Origin: the human T2T-CHM13v2.0 reference genome, Homo sapiens
Assembly: GCF_009914755.1 (NCBI RefSeq)
Contig: NC_060934.1
Direction: 5' to 3' (one strand)
DNA: 64,000 nt
Below, piece by piece: positions 15,893 to 33,139 of this stretch (positions are counted from its first letter, which is position 1; each line of letters begins with the position of its first letter). The notes under the pieces were generated by a model, which saw only the letters and a list, made by a program, of their open reading frames with translations, was not told the DNA's origin and did not search any database. The position numbers and the translations under genes are program-made.

Positions 15893-16571
15893 TTTTTCTT
15901 CCTGAGAGACCACCCCAAGATCTGATATTACTATCACATGATATTCTATGACAACACTAAAATAATGAGATGAATATTTGCAATTAGTATTTGACAGCTG
16001 TTAATTAAATTGCTTTAACAGATTTATAGGGAAAACATCAGTTACATAACTGAATTACAAATAACTATGTCTATTATATAAATGACAAAATGTCATGATT
16101 ACTAGTCACTGCTTATTATTTTAAGATGAGGATTACTAATTTATCTGAGAGGTCTGATATTTTAAAACAAAAGCCCAAACGCGAAACCTGACAGTTTTTC
16201 ATGATTATGGTTCTTCTTTTCTTTTCCTTCTCTCCTTTTCCCTTCTTCTCAGTCTTCCTTTTTTGTTCTACTTAAAAAGTTTTGCCTGTCTGGATTGCAT
16301 TTTCTGCAAGTTCAAATAGTTCCATGTTCATTCAATTCTTTTTTTTTTTTAATATGTATACATTTTTATTATACTTTAAGTTCTAGGGTACATGTGCACA
16401 ACGTGCAGGTTTGTTACATATGTATACATGTGCCATGTTGGTGTGCTGCATCCATTAACTCATAATTTACATTAGGTATATCTCCTAATGCTATCCCTCC
16501 CCCCTCCTCCCACCCCATGACATGCCCTGGTGTGCGATGTTCTCCTTCCTGTGTCCAAGTGTTCTCATTGT

Positions 16572-20379
<3,808 letters not shown>

Positions 20380-20442
20380 TATGATGTTAGCTGGTTATTT
20401 TGCTCGTTAGTTGATGCGGTTTCTTCCTAGCATCAATGGTCT

Positions 20443-21457
20443 TTACAATTTGGCATGTTTTTGCAGTGGCTGGTACCAGTTGTTCCTTTCCATGTTTAGT
20501 GCTTCCTTCAGGAGCTCTTGTAGGGCAGGCCTGGTGGTGACAAAAATCTCTCAGCATTTGCTTGTCTGTAAAGGATTTTAATTCTCTTTCACTTATGAAG
20601 CTTAGTTTGGCTGGATATGAAATTCTGGGTTGAAAATTCTTTCCTTTAAGAATGTTGAATATTGGCCCCCCCTCTCTTCTGGCTTGTAATTTCTGCCGAG
20701 AGATCAGCTGTTAGTCTGATGGGCTTCCCCTTGAGGGTAACCCGACCTTTCTCTCTGGCTGCCCTTAACATTTTTTCCTTCATTTCAACTTTGGTGAATC
20801 TGACAATTATGTGTCTTGGAGTTGCTCTTCTCGACAATTATCTTTGTGGCGTTCTCTCTATTTCCTGAATTTGAATGTTGGCCTGCTTTGCTAGGTTCAG
20901 GAAATTCTCTGGATAACATCCTGCAGAGTGTTTTCCAACTTGGTTCCATTCTCCCCTTCACTTTCGGGTACACCAATCAGACGTAGATTTGGTCTTTTCA
21001 CATAGTCCTATATTTCTTGGAGGCTTTGTTTGTTTCTATTTATTCTTTTTTCTCTAAACTTCTCTTCTCGCTTCATTTCATTCATCTGATCATCCATCAT
21101 TGATACCCTTTCTTCCAGTTGATTGAATCGGCTACTGAAGCTTGTGCATTCGTCACGTAGTTCTTGTGCCATGGTTTTCAGCTCCATCAGGTCCTTTAAG
21201 GACTTCTCTGCATTGGTTATTCTAGTTAGCCATTTGTCTAATCTTTTTTCAAGGTTTTTAACTTCTTCGCCATGGGTTAGAACTTCCTCCTTTAGCTCCG
21301 AGAAGTTTGATCATCTGAAGCCTTCTTCTCTCAACTTGTCAAAGTCATTCTCTGTCCTGTTTTGTTCCGTTGCTGGTGAGGAGCTGCATTCCTTTGGAGG
21401 AGGAGAGGCGCTCTGATTTTTAGAATTTTCAGTTTTTCTGTTCTGTTTTTTCCCCAT
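20443..21457 (-). pseudogene. L1 ORF1, disrupted
   Basis: ATG at 21457; only fragments are open (RRATPRHIIVRFTKVEMKEKMLRAAREKG). Confidence 0.85.
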
Positions 21458-23169
21458 CTTTGCAGTTTTATCTACCTTTGGTCTTTGATGATGCTGACGT
21501 ACAGATGGGGTTTTGGTGTGGATGTCCTTTCTGTTTGTTAGTTTTCCTTCTAACAGTCAGGACCCTCAGCTGCAGGTCTGTTGGAGTTTTCTGGAGATCC
21601 ACTCCAGACCGTTTGCCTGGGTATCAGCAGTGGAGGCTGCAGAACAGGGAATATTGCTGAACAGCAAATGTTGCTGTCTGATTGTTCCTGTGGAGGTTTC
21701 GTCTCAGCAGGATACCTGGCCGTGTGACGTGTCAGTCTGCCCCTACTGAGGGGTGCCTCCGAGATAGGCTACTCGGGGGTCAGGGGCCCACTTGAGGAGG
21801 CAGTCTGTCCGTTCTCAGATCTCAAACTCCATTCTGGGAGAACCACTACTCTCTTCAAAGCTGTCAGGCAGGGACATTTAAGTCTGCAGAGGTTTCTGCT
21901 GCCTTTTGTTTGGCTATGCCCTGCCCCCAGAGGTGGGGTCTACAGAGGCAGGCAGGCCTCCTTGAGCTGCGGTGGGCTCCACCCAGTTCGAGCTTCCAGA
22001 TCGCTTTGTTTACCTACTCGAACTTCAGCAATGGTGGGCACCCCTCCCACAGCCTCGCTGCTGCCTTGCAGTTCGATCTCAGACTGCTGTGCTAGCAACG
22101 AGAGATGAGCAAGGCTCCGTGGGCATGGGACCCTCTGATCCTTGCGCAGGATATAATCTCCTGGTGTGCCGTTTGCTAAGACCATTGGAAAAGAGCAGTA
22201 TTAGGGTGGGAGTGACTGATTTTCCAAGTGCTGTCTGTCGCAGCTTTGCTTGGCTATGAAAGGGAATTCCCTACCCCTTGCGCTTCCCACGTGAGGTGAT
22301 GCCTCTCCCTGCTTTGGCTCATGCTCGGTGTCCTGCACCCACCATTCTGCACCCACTGTCCAACAAGCCCCAGTGAGATGAACCCGGTACCTCAGTTGGA
22401 AATGCAGAAATCACCTGTCTTCTGCGTTACTCATGCCGGGAGCTGTAGACTGGAGCTGTTCCTATTCAGCCGTCTTGGAACTGCCCCCCGATTCAATTCT
22501 TAAGTGGACAATTTTGTGTTATAAAGTTCACGGCTATTTGTTTAATTGGAATAATCATGAACTCTTTTAAGTGTCACAAGGTGACAGGATTTAAAGCCTC
22601 AGGCCCATCCCAGTTATTTATAACATCTCATATTATGTCCTTCTTTTTATAAAGAGTTGACGTAATAAATAGCCATATGGAATAACACTTCTGCATATTT
22701 TGCAAAACAGCCATTGAAGGTGTTATATATTATATTAGTGTTTGTTACTCAAAGATTCTAACAATAAAATTCTTGTGAGGATAAATTCTATGAATACATT
22801 CTAAGTTTGTTCATTTGCTTTTCTTCTTTTAAGATGAGTTGGATTATTTTCTTTGATAAGATATTGAAAACTATGTCATTATGGCTATTGGCCATCACAT
22901 CTCTAGAATTCAGATAGATTGTCTTAATCTCCTCAGATTGCTGCCTATTGGCTATTTTATTGATCATTAACACTCCTCAGATGGTGACAAGGAAAGAATG
23001 CTAAATTTCTGATCATTTTCAGGGTTGCTTACTCATTTTATTTATTTAAGTTGCCCTAACTCCTATCTGTATTGGTAACAGAGGCTGCATTCACCTAAGT
23101 TAGACTTTTATATTTATGCCCTTTGCTTCAGAGACTATAATATCCAAATTGAAGACTGGAACTGTTAAT

Positions 23170-23385
23170 TATAATAATACGTACCATAAATACTTACTTT
23201 CTAAATGCCACACAAAGTCTTCATATGTTCGAATCATTTAATTCTCAGTAACCCTTTGGTATTGGTATGGTATTATTTTACTTATCTTATTGAGGAGGCA
23301 ACAGATAGTTTAATTTACCCAAAGTTACACAGCTAGTAAATGGTGGAACTGAGTTGAGTCTGGACTCCTGGACAGTCTAACTTCA
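23170..23385 (-). mobile_element. MIR
   Basis: tcatttaattctca...tgaggaggcaac...cccaaagttacacagctagtaaatggtggaactgag. Confidence 0.75.
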
Positions 23386-23659
23386 AATTTAAGATCCTGG
23401 GATGGACCTCAGAGATCTTCTTGAGAGGTAAATGTATCTCACTTGTGGCACTATTCCTTATGTTCTCTACATGACAGATATTGCTGATTGTTGGAAGATC
23501 TTTTTCTACTGAGTCTATACCCAGCCTGGGAATCATTCTTAGTTGTTGTTCTAGGTGGCAACTACTTATTGAATGATTCTCACTTGTGTTGAAACCTATT
23601 TATCATTCACACAGGTATAATCTGTTCCTTTTACAGAACAATTTATACTAAATGTTTTA

Positions 23660-24085
23660 GTAGAAACTGGCTAGATGTTCACCAAATCCACTTTTTCTTC
23701 TTCCTACATATATAGGTAGACTACATTTCCAGCTTTCCTTCCAAATAAGTGTGGTCACATAACTGTGTCCTAACCAACAGAATGTGAGCACACTTGAGGT
23801 GCACCATTTCTAGGCCTACCCCTAAAAACTCCTCTGGCTCTCCTCCATCCTCTTTCCATCCACAGATTGATGCCTATGAGCACACTGACTCTGGTAGTTA
23901 CCTGATGAAGTTGGCAGAGTCAAAAAATGGATGGAGCCTGGGTTCCTAAATAAAGCTTTGAAGAAAGCTACCTATCAATCACAAACACCTGTTTGGGCTT
24001 TAGGTGAGCAAGAAATAAACCTCAGTCATGTTCAGGCCATTAAAGTTTTTGGGTATGTTTACTAAAAACACTAGCGTTACAAATA
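23660..24085 (+). mobile_element. MaLR LTR (MLT1I/J-like)
   Basis: agactacatttccagc...tgtggtcacataactg...aaccaacagaatgtgagca...gagcaagaaataaac. Confidence 0.75.
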
Positions 24086-24410
24086 CAAGACCTATACAAA
24101 AGTACAACAGTAGCATTTTTCAGAACCAGAATCTGAATGTAGGTCTTGTGAGTCCAAATACTTCCCACTACGCCAATCTTACTAATTTTAAAAACTACCC
24201 AAGTTAATATGATAAACACCTTATTTTAACATAAATTTTCTCAAATTTTAACTCCATGAAGATTTGAGTTTATTGGCAACAAGGGTTCTTTCATTTCTAA
24301 AAAAAATCTCAAGTATTTCCCAATTGATGCCTTCAGGAACGAACCTCCCACTCCAATTATCTGGCCTACAATTCCTGCCCAGGTGTGAAGCATGAAAGGT
24401 GACATCAAGT

Positions 24411-24692
24411 CAGGGTTTCTCAAATATATACTTGGGAACCATTTCTGTGGGATGTTAGTAGGTTTGGTGCTGAAATACAATATCCCATGATAAAGTACAT
24501 TTAGGAAATTCTAGATTAAAAGAAGTAAAAAGGTGTCTTTTCTGTAGGAATATCCTTTAAAAAGATAATATGTCCTGATATTCTCCAAAATAAATGTCTG
24601 TAGTATTTTGCAAATTTATTTGATGACAGAGCCCTTTTTCAAAGAGCAACTCAAGGAAATAGTGTTCCACTGAACACATTTTGGGAAACACA
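24411..24692. mobile_element. Degenerate hAT-Charlie-type MITE
   Basis: TIR-like cagggtttctcaaa ... tttgggaaacac. Confidence 0.4.
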
Positions 24693-25064
24693 AACAAGGA
24701 TATTGGGGCATATTCATAACTATTGTTACTTGAAGTCGGTCTAGTACATCTTGGAATCTACTCCCTCTGCCTAAGGAAATTTTGGTTCTGGCTGTGGCTT
24801 TCTACATCTACTGTACTACCTATTCCTGACTTCTAACAAATTATTATGCCTTGATCTTTGGGCTACTTCTATATCCTCTAGCTCTCTTCAAGACTTAACA
24901 ACTGACTGTATTTTGTGGTCTCAACCATGCCAGACTTTGTTTATCTTGTTGCTTCTCTACCTTGACAGAACACAAATGTTTCATTGGTTGTGTATGTACA
25001 TTGTAGTATTAATTATTGATTCAATCAAACACCCCACATAAAGCAAGGGTGTGGGGTAGTGTTA

Positions 25065-25388
<324 letters not shown>

Positions 25389-26478
25389 CTCTTACTGTCC
25401 TAGTTAAATATCAATATCAATAAAATAGAGTGAAGTTACATTACATGGGCATTTGTAGTATGCGAATTCAACTAGACCCATTTAGTACCCTGGCCCCCAG
25501 ATAGTGAGAAAAAAATAGTTTAAATGCAAAGCAGTTAGATTTTACGTTATGAAATGCCATTACTGGCATTCTGTCTCACTTAATTTAAAACTCGCATAAT
25601 TGAAGATTAATTTCCCATACAGTTGTCAAAGAAAAGCAGGTATTTCTTTGCTTGCTGAAGTGGCACCACCATGGGCTTTAGCAAAAACATGGTTTCCAAT
25701 TCATGTAGCCACTCCTTTCAATATTGTATGATTGCTGATATAAAAAATTTTTAAAATTCTATTATTTCAAATGCTTCCAATCATGAGATAATTTATTAAT
25801 ATTTTATGTTGTACTCTTTCAAATTTGCATAATTTTATAAATTATTACTGCACTGTACTGTGGGTGCTTTTACCCACCATCCCACTCCATTTTTATAGCA
25901 GATGTATAGTCCGTTAGGAGATATGACTCTGCTATTTCTTTCCTTCCTGTGTGCCTTTCATAGTAGAAAATATCACTGGGTCCTATAAATCCAAATCAAC
26001 TTTTAATCTGGCTTCACCAAAGAAACAGAAATCTATTGAATGTTGGGAAAATAGTTGTACTGAATTTACTGAAAGATGTTACATCATTCTCTAAAATGTC
26101 ATGTAGTTTTAAGAAACTTTGAAGGTAATTTTGAATGTACATGACTCTTTTTATGTGACAACTTTAGAACTTTACCTCCCATATAAGATGTGACTCTACT
26201 TGAAGATAATGGACATTATTGATTGCTAATCCAGCATTTAGTACTTCCTTCCTTCTTCCTAACAAAACTCTATTTTATTCAGGTAGCACTCCTCATAACT
26301 AAAGGAAAGATGACCCTAGTACCAGTTCCAGGAGTAGAACTGGACTTGTATAGGCTTATCACATTGCTTCCACCCTCTTTGCTAGCACCTGGTTTTGGAG
26401 TACTCAAGTAATCCAATTCTGGCCTGTGGCACATGAGGAGAAGTCTATTAAAGGGCTTCTGTAAAGATTTCCTTGATT

Positions 26479-26750
26479 AGTATTATTATTTATTGTTATT
26501 ATTTTTTGAGATGGAGTCTTGCACTGTCACCCAGGCTGGTGTGCAGTGGCACGATCTTTGCTCACTGCAACCTCTGCCTCCTGGGTTCAAGAGTGATTCT
26601 CCTGCCTCAGCCTCCCGAGTAGCTGGAATTACAGGCGCTTGTCACCATGCCCAGCTAGTTTTTTGTATTTTTAGTAGAGATAGGGTTTCATTACATTGGC
26701 CAGTCTGGTCTTGAACTCCTGACCTCTTGATCCACCCACCTTGGCCTCCC
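26479..26750 (-). mobile_element. AluS, 5'-truncated, 15-bp TSD
   Basis: TSD aagatttccttgatt at 26464-26478 and 26751-26765. Confidence 0.92.
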
Positions 26751-26987
26751 AAGATTTCCTTGATTCTTAGAAAGGAACAGAGCCAGTGATAGTTCATTTC
26801 ATTCCTAAGCATGTTGTTAAGTTCAGTGTGACTCCAACAGCTATTGCCATCTTGCTGCCAGTCCTCTGAGGATGTCAGTATTGGGAGTGGAAGAGAGCAG
26901 AGAAAGATAAAACCTAGGTCTTTGAAGAGATTGCTCAGTTCCTGAATCAATGAACCCTGAAGTCTCTCCAATCTTCTCCTTAGATAA

Positions 26988-27368
26988 TGTATTAGTCAAC
27001 TCAGGCTACCATAACAAAATACCATAGACTGGGTGACTTAAACAACAGAAATTTCTCACAGTTCTGGAGGCTGAGAAGTCCAAGATCAAGGTGCTGGTAG
27101 ATTTGGCTTAGCTGGGGCTATCTTCCTGGCTTGCAGACAGCTGCCTTCTTACTATGTCCTCACATGGTGTGTGCAAGCCGGGATAGAAAGAGAGAGCTTT
27201 CTCTTTTGCTCTTCTTTTAAGGTCATCAACCCCACAGGGTTAGGGCGCTACCTTTAGGACCTCATTTAATCTTAATTACCTCCTAAAAGTCCTATCTCTA
27301 AATACAACCATATTGGGATTAGGGCTTCAACCTATGTCTGTGGAGGAGACACAATTCAGTCCATAGCA
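26988..27368 (-). mobile_element. MLT1A-like solo LTR
   Basis: tgtattagtc...ccataacaaaataccatagactgggtgacttaaacaac...aattcagtccatagca; perfect 5-bp TSD gataa. Confidence 0.9.
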
Positions 27369-28583
27369 GATAATATAACAAATGTCTTTATGCTATTAAA
27401 CAAGTTTAAATTTTTTTTTCTGTTATAGACAACTTAATACACCCTGACAGATATCATATCTTATGATGAAATATACACAGGATAATGTCTAATTCATGGC
27501 ATATAACATGAAAAGATCAAGGGTTAGTCTCCTTTTCTCAGAACAAAGCAGTTGTAGAGTTAAAAATAGTCCATTGAAGTTCTAAGGCATTTTATGAACT
27601 GCTGATTGTACATATATGTGGTATCATGTTAACATAAACAGTCCAGCCCTAAGGGAGTTTTAAGTTATAAAAGAAACATTTTTCTAAGATCATGAGCTCT
27701 GATATAAAAACCATACTCCAGCCCAGTTCTATCATTATGAAGGTCTGGCGAGCCAAGAGACATTAGTTGGTGATTTTATCAAGCCAGACTTCTAACTAAT
27801 GGCTTGGTGAAGCCATTACTGTCCCATAAAACACTGTAACAGATTGACAGGACAATTCAAGAGTTTTAGTCATTTTACATCCTTAACGGTTATTCCACAA
27901 AAAGCAGCATTCTCAGGGATCACTGCAGTCCTACAAATGAGAATACACTTTCTTCACCTTTTTGCCTAAAAGGAATCAGTTATGTTTTTCTTACAATTCA
28001 AATCTAATTTTTATAACTATCTTCAACAAAAAGGGTGGAGTGTAGATTCACCACATTCTAGTGAAGCTCTCATAAAACATTTTACCCGTTACATTGTTTA
28101 TAAAGTAAATTTACCATTTTTCCCCAGATAAAATGTAAATAAACAATAAAATTATATTGAAATGAAGGATTTTCATAACATAGTAAAATTCTCCTTTAAT
28201 TTCTAGCCGAGGGAGTGGAAGAGCAGCACTTATCAAATTAAAAAAAAATACCCAAACCAAACAAACAAAAACAAACTTCACCAAGAAACAAATGAGAGAT
28301 ACATGTGCATATAGATGCATCCATATTAAAGCAATAGAACTTGGGCCATTTTGAAATCTTAAACCTTCTGACACTATTTTCATGAACTCAGTAATATAAA
28401 CCATGTGGTGAATGAAATTCTGAAAAACTTTGCTGGTTTCACTGTGTATTTTATTACTGGCCAAATGTGACATTAAATTTTATCCCCTGTGGCTTGGAGT
28501 TAAATGCTTGCTCTGTTCAGAATGGCAACACTCAATTAAACAGCATTTTTCATGATCTACACCCACCATTGTTGCTGTATTTA

Positions 28584-28856
<273 letters not shown>

Positions 28857-29260
28857 TTAAACCAGTTACAACAGCTTCCACCAACTCCATCTCACTTACA
28901 ATGAATTTTGAAAGGTAATGTAAAATAGCACCAGCTCTAATTTCTTTTTGGAATAATTATTAACTTTGGCAAATTGTTTTTATCAAGCTGAAGGTCCACA
29001 TTCTTTGGAATGGCGTTCAAGGTTCTCAAAATCTGGCTCCAAATTGCTTTTCTAGTCTGGTATCCCAGTCCTTGGACTGTCTGGCCACATTATAGATTCC
29101 ATACACTGACCCCTTACTACAAGTTAGGGTATTTGCTATATACTTGACATAAGCATTTCACTCTATCATAACAACAGTTTTGAAAGGTAGAGTATTATTT
29201 CCAAGTTACAGATGAGGAGGCTGATGCTCCATCTGTTATGACCTCTTAAATTATTCCATG

Positions 29261-29512
29261 GATACAAGGGGGGAATAACACACACTGGGGTCTGTTGGGG
29301 ATGGGGGCATTGGGGAGGGACAGCATCAGGATGAAGAGCTAATGGATGCTGGGCTTAATACCTAGGGGATGGGATGATCTGTGCAGCAAACCACCATGGC
29401 ACATGATTACCTATGTAACAAACCTGAGCATCCTGCACATGTACACCTGAACTTAAAAGTTGCAGAACACAAACAAAAACTGCTACACACACACACATAC
29501 ACACATGCACAC
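29261..29512 (+). mobile_element. L1 3' end (L1PA13-16-like), tail decayed to a CA repeat
   Basis: gctaatggatgctgggcttaatacctagg...acctatgtaacaaacctg; TSD aaatt(a/c)ttccatg at 29248-29260 and 29513-29525. Confidence 0.88.
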
Positions 29513-29799
29513 AAATTCTTCCATGTCATAGAGTGATTTGTTTGCCTGTCATTTTTCTGCCAGTGGATTATGGGCAGAAAGATGCCAATAATTAAGTCCC
29601 TCTACTTAAGCAGAGGGACCACACCTTAGTCATCTTTGTTTATAGGTCCCTACCCTACTCATTACAAGCACACCAAAGATGAAACTTTAAAGGGATAGAA
29701 AGGCAAACACAGACATGCAAAGAAATAATGTCTGTGTCAACTTCTTCACAAAAGAAGTTGAAATGTAGGAGGTAAATAATAGGAAAAGCCTGGAAAAGG

Positions 29800-30005
29800 A
29801 ATTGAGCAGGTTTAGGTTCAAATCCTGACTCTCCACTTACCAGATATGTGACACTGGTCAAACTACTTAATTGCTCTGATTATAGTTCTCTTGTCTATAC
29901 TGGCAATAATAGTACAGAATGCATTAGTCTGTTGTGAGGATTATATGAAATAATGCATAGCACAGTGCTTGGCATATAATAAGTGTTCATTAAATAGTAA
30001 CTTTT
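29800..30005 (+). mobile_element. MIR
   Basis: ggttcaaatcctgactctccacttacc...cacagtgcttggcatataataagtgttca. Confidence 0.8.
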
Positions 30006-30017
30006 TCTACTATAGAT

Positions 30018-30071
30018 AGAAAAAATATTTAGGAAAATGGGACAAGAAAAAATACTTAGGAAAATGGGACA
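30018..30071. repeat. 27-bp tandem duplication
   Basis: agaaaaaata(t/c)ttaggaaaatgggaca x2, 1 mismatch. Confidence 0.9.
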
Positions 30072-31568
30072 GTGTTCCATCTTGAGGTGGGGAAAGAAGA
30101 CATTTCTTCTACTTTTTACTTTCTATCTCCAATACCCCTACCTTTAAGGTCTCAGGGAGCTGCTTGTTTATGTATGTACAACATTAATAGTTTGGGTTTC
30201 AGAGAAGGTCATAGTTCTGTTCTGCCTTAGGAAGGCTCATTCAGACATGGAACATATGAGAAATTCTCATTTAATTGGGGTAAAATATCCTAATCTACAA
30301 CAGTAGGGATAAGTGAACCTCAAGGATGAGGGGGAAACTTTAGTTAAATCTTACAGAAGTGGCTTTAGGAGGTAGAGAGAGGCAGGAAAGGGATTCAATA
30401 AATTATTATAGCACAGTAATAATCCTATACATTATTTCAGCTACAAAACATTTTTAGAACCATGACCTCATTTAGTCTTCACAAAAGCCATCCTCATTTT
30501 ACATCCCCAGGAAGGTGAGATTCAGATTGGTTAACTAACCTGCTTTAGGTTACAAAGCTTCCAGATTGCGTGGTCAGGATGAAGGTAGAGCTCCCATATT
30601 AGAGTTACACATATATTCTTACTACCCTATACTTTCCTCTGCTCATCTGCAAGTCTGAGTTTCAGAATAAACTTTGACATTGCTTTCTCCTGTGACATTA
30701 ATGGCTATTTTGTATTCATAAATAAAAGCCATATTTCCCTTTAACTATAATTTTCTGCCTTATTAAAAGCTGTAACTACTTGATGAACGAATGATCTGAC
30801 ATTGGCCTCATTACACTCAATGAATTTGGAACTTCATTTTTTAATTTAATCTGCTTTTAAAGTTATGGCTTGATATTATAGTTACTGTTTTCTAAGAGGG
30901 AGGAGGTGAAACATTAATGCTAGCAGCTGAGCACATAATCACTGTTTCCCATTTTTTAAATAAAAAAACAAAACAAAACTGTGTAGTTAGCTACTTAGTA
31001 ACTGAAAGGGCCTAAAACTTTTATTTTTTTTAACCAACACTGAAGGATCAATAGGTTGACAACCAAATTGGTCCTCTCCCCACCCCCCTTTTTGCTAGCT
31101 TTTAGACAAAGTGCCAAGTGGTAAATCCCACTAGGTAGCCCTTTGAAAAGGTAATTGATATCTATATAGAAACAGCAATTAACCTTACACACCCTTGTCT
31201 ATTCCAGGGGCTCTACAATTCATTCCGAGAACAGGGAGGTGAGACTTCTGACTGAAACAATCTCAATTTCTGGACATTCACTGACAAAAACTTTGTCTTC
31301 AGAGGCTTAAAAGTTTTTTATTCTTGCAAGGCGGGCAAGATCTTAAAAAAAAGTCTTACTTTGTTTAAAAAAGTTTCTAGTGCAAAATACTAAAGAAACC
31401 AGCCCTAGGTCCCACATATTTTGGCAAGCAAAACAATATTCTTTCTTATCATGTTTTCAAATAGAACAAACGACCACAAATCAAGGCTTATATAAAAAGG
31501 CCCAATTCCAATATAATAAATCTTTACCTGGCTGTCATCCTCATTTAATTCTCAGCCAATAGGATTAT

Positions 31569-31571
<3 letters not shown>

Positions 31572-31611
<40 letters not shown>
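31572..31611. repeat. (AC)20 microsatellite
   Basis: Perfect dinucleotide run. Confidence 0.97.
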
Positions 31612-31613
<2 letters not shown>

Positions 31614-32029
31614 ACGTATATGTAGGATATGTTATATATTATATATAACATATCTTACACATACATAATATAAAATATATTTTATGACTATGAGTAAAAT
31701 GGCTAAAAATTGTAGTGAACAGAGTAGTTCACATGCATACTTTCATTAATGAGGAAAATTGTTCTTATTTCATTCTCCTTGTGCCAGTGTCTTTGTGTGC
31801 ATGAGTGGGTTTGTGGGAGGTGAAGAGCAGAGGGAGAAAAAGAGAGAGAAGAGGAGGGTGAGAGAGAGGAACAGAAGACCTGGCTGTACTCCTGAATAAC
31901 ACTGAGTAAGTAATTTCATTTTCTTTGTTTCCTCACATAATTTTATTCTCTTAGTTTCCAAACCTATAAAAGAAGGCTAATAATACATATTCTGCCCATT
32001 TTCTACATTTTTTGGTGACAATCAAATCA

Positions 32030-32490
32030 ATCTATTCATCCATCCATCCATCCATTATGCCATGCACTTTTCTAGACGTGAAGGCTGTAAAGCAGAAAGA
32101 TAAAGTCCCTGCTCTCCTGTAGCCTACATACTCGTGGCAGAAAGGCCATTATAAATAAATAATCAAGTAAATGGTATGTCAGTTGGTGATAAGAACTATA
32201 AGGAAAAATAAAGCAGGTAAAGGGATACATAACAGGTTTGAGTGAGGCTATTTTATATAGACTGTCAGGGATATGTGTTACCTCTGAGGATTTTACTTGG
32301 ATTTACACGGGAAGCTACTACTCGTTATGAGCCAAGGACAGACATGGCATGCCTTCTGTCTTAAAATTCTCATTCTGGCTACTGGTGAAGATACAGGGGT
32401 GCAAGAGTGGAACTGGGGCAAGCAGCTATTGCAGAAGTCTTAGATTAGAGAGAACAGTAGAGGAAGCCAGAAGTGGCTACAGTTTGGATG
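32030..32490 (-). mobile_element. L2 (appears to resume near 34200-34275)
   Basis: ttcatccatccatcc...aaagtccctgctctc...cattctggctactgg. Confidence 0.7.
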
Positions 32491-32558
32491 AAATATATAG
32501 GTGTGTGTGTGTTTGTGTGTGTGTGTGAATATGTGTATATACTCTTAAATAAAAATTA

Positions 32559-33093
32559 TGAGAGGCTATTGATTTGGGCTAAGATCTTGTACTAGGTCCC
32601 AATAGTCCAACCTAAACTGGAGTCACTCATGCTAATGTTCCTGATCACCAAACCAAAACCTAAGCTGTTTACTTGCAAGGTCTGACCTGAGAGATTAGGG
32701 GAGAAAGTAAGTTTTCTGAAAAAAAAAAAAAAAAAAAAAAAAAAAAGGAAATCCACAGCAACCAATTAAAAGGGCCCAGTCAACCTGAGCTGAGCGGGCA
32801 TAATAACCAAGTCCCCTCTGCTTTAATCCATACAAGGAGAGTAACCTTTAGTAACCTGATGTTAACCAATTTACCTTTTGCACTAGATGTTTCCTTGTTC
32901 CCGCTCAAGTTGCCTTACAAGAACCAACTCACGGCCAGTGGAGCTCTCTATTAAACCAATTCACTGCCCATGACTTCATGGCCAGTGGAGCTCTTGTCTA
33001 TTTTATAGACTGGATGCTGTCTGGTTCATGAATTGCTAATAAAAGTCAACTAACTCATTAAAACTTCATTTGTTGAAATGTTGTCATTTCACA
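32559..33093 (+). mobile_element. ERV1 solo LTR, MER67-like
   Basis: TG...CA ends; gaggctattgatttgggctaag...actagg...ggagtcactcatgctaa; aataaa near the 3' end. Confidence 0.7.
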
Positions 33094-33139
33094 TACATGC
33101 ACACAATATATGTACACATAAATATATAATATATATAAT

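Larger units (their letters stand above)
26215..27450 (+). mobile_element. Old MLT1 LTR (K/L-like) hosting an Alu and a younger MLT1
   Basis: ccttccttcttcctaaca...ccaattctggcc...cagctattgccatcttg...aaacctaggtctttgaaga; continues across both insertions. Confidence 0.6.
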
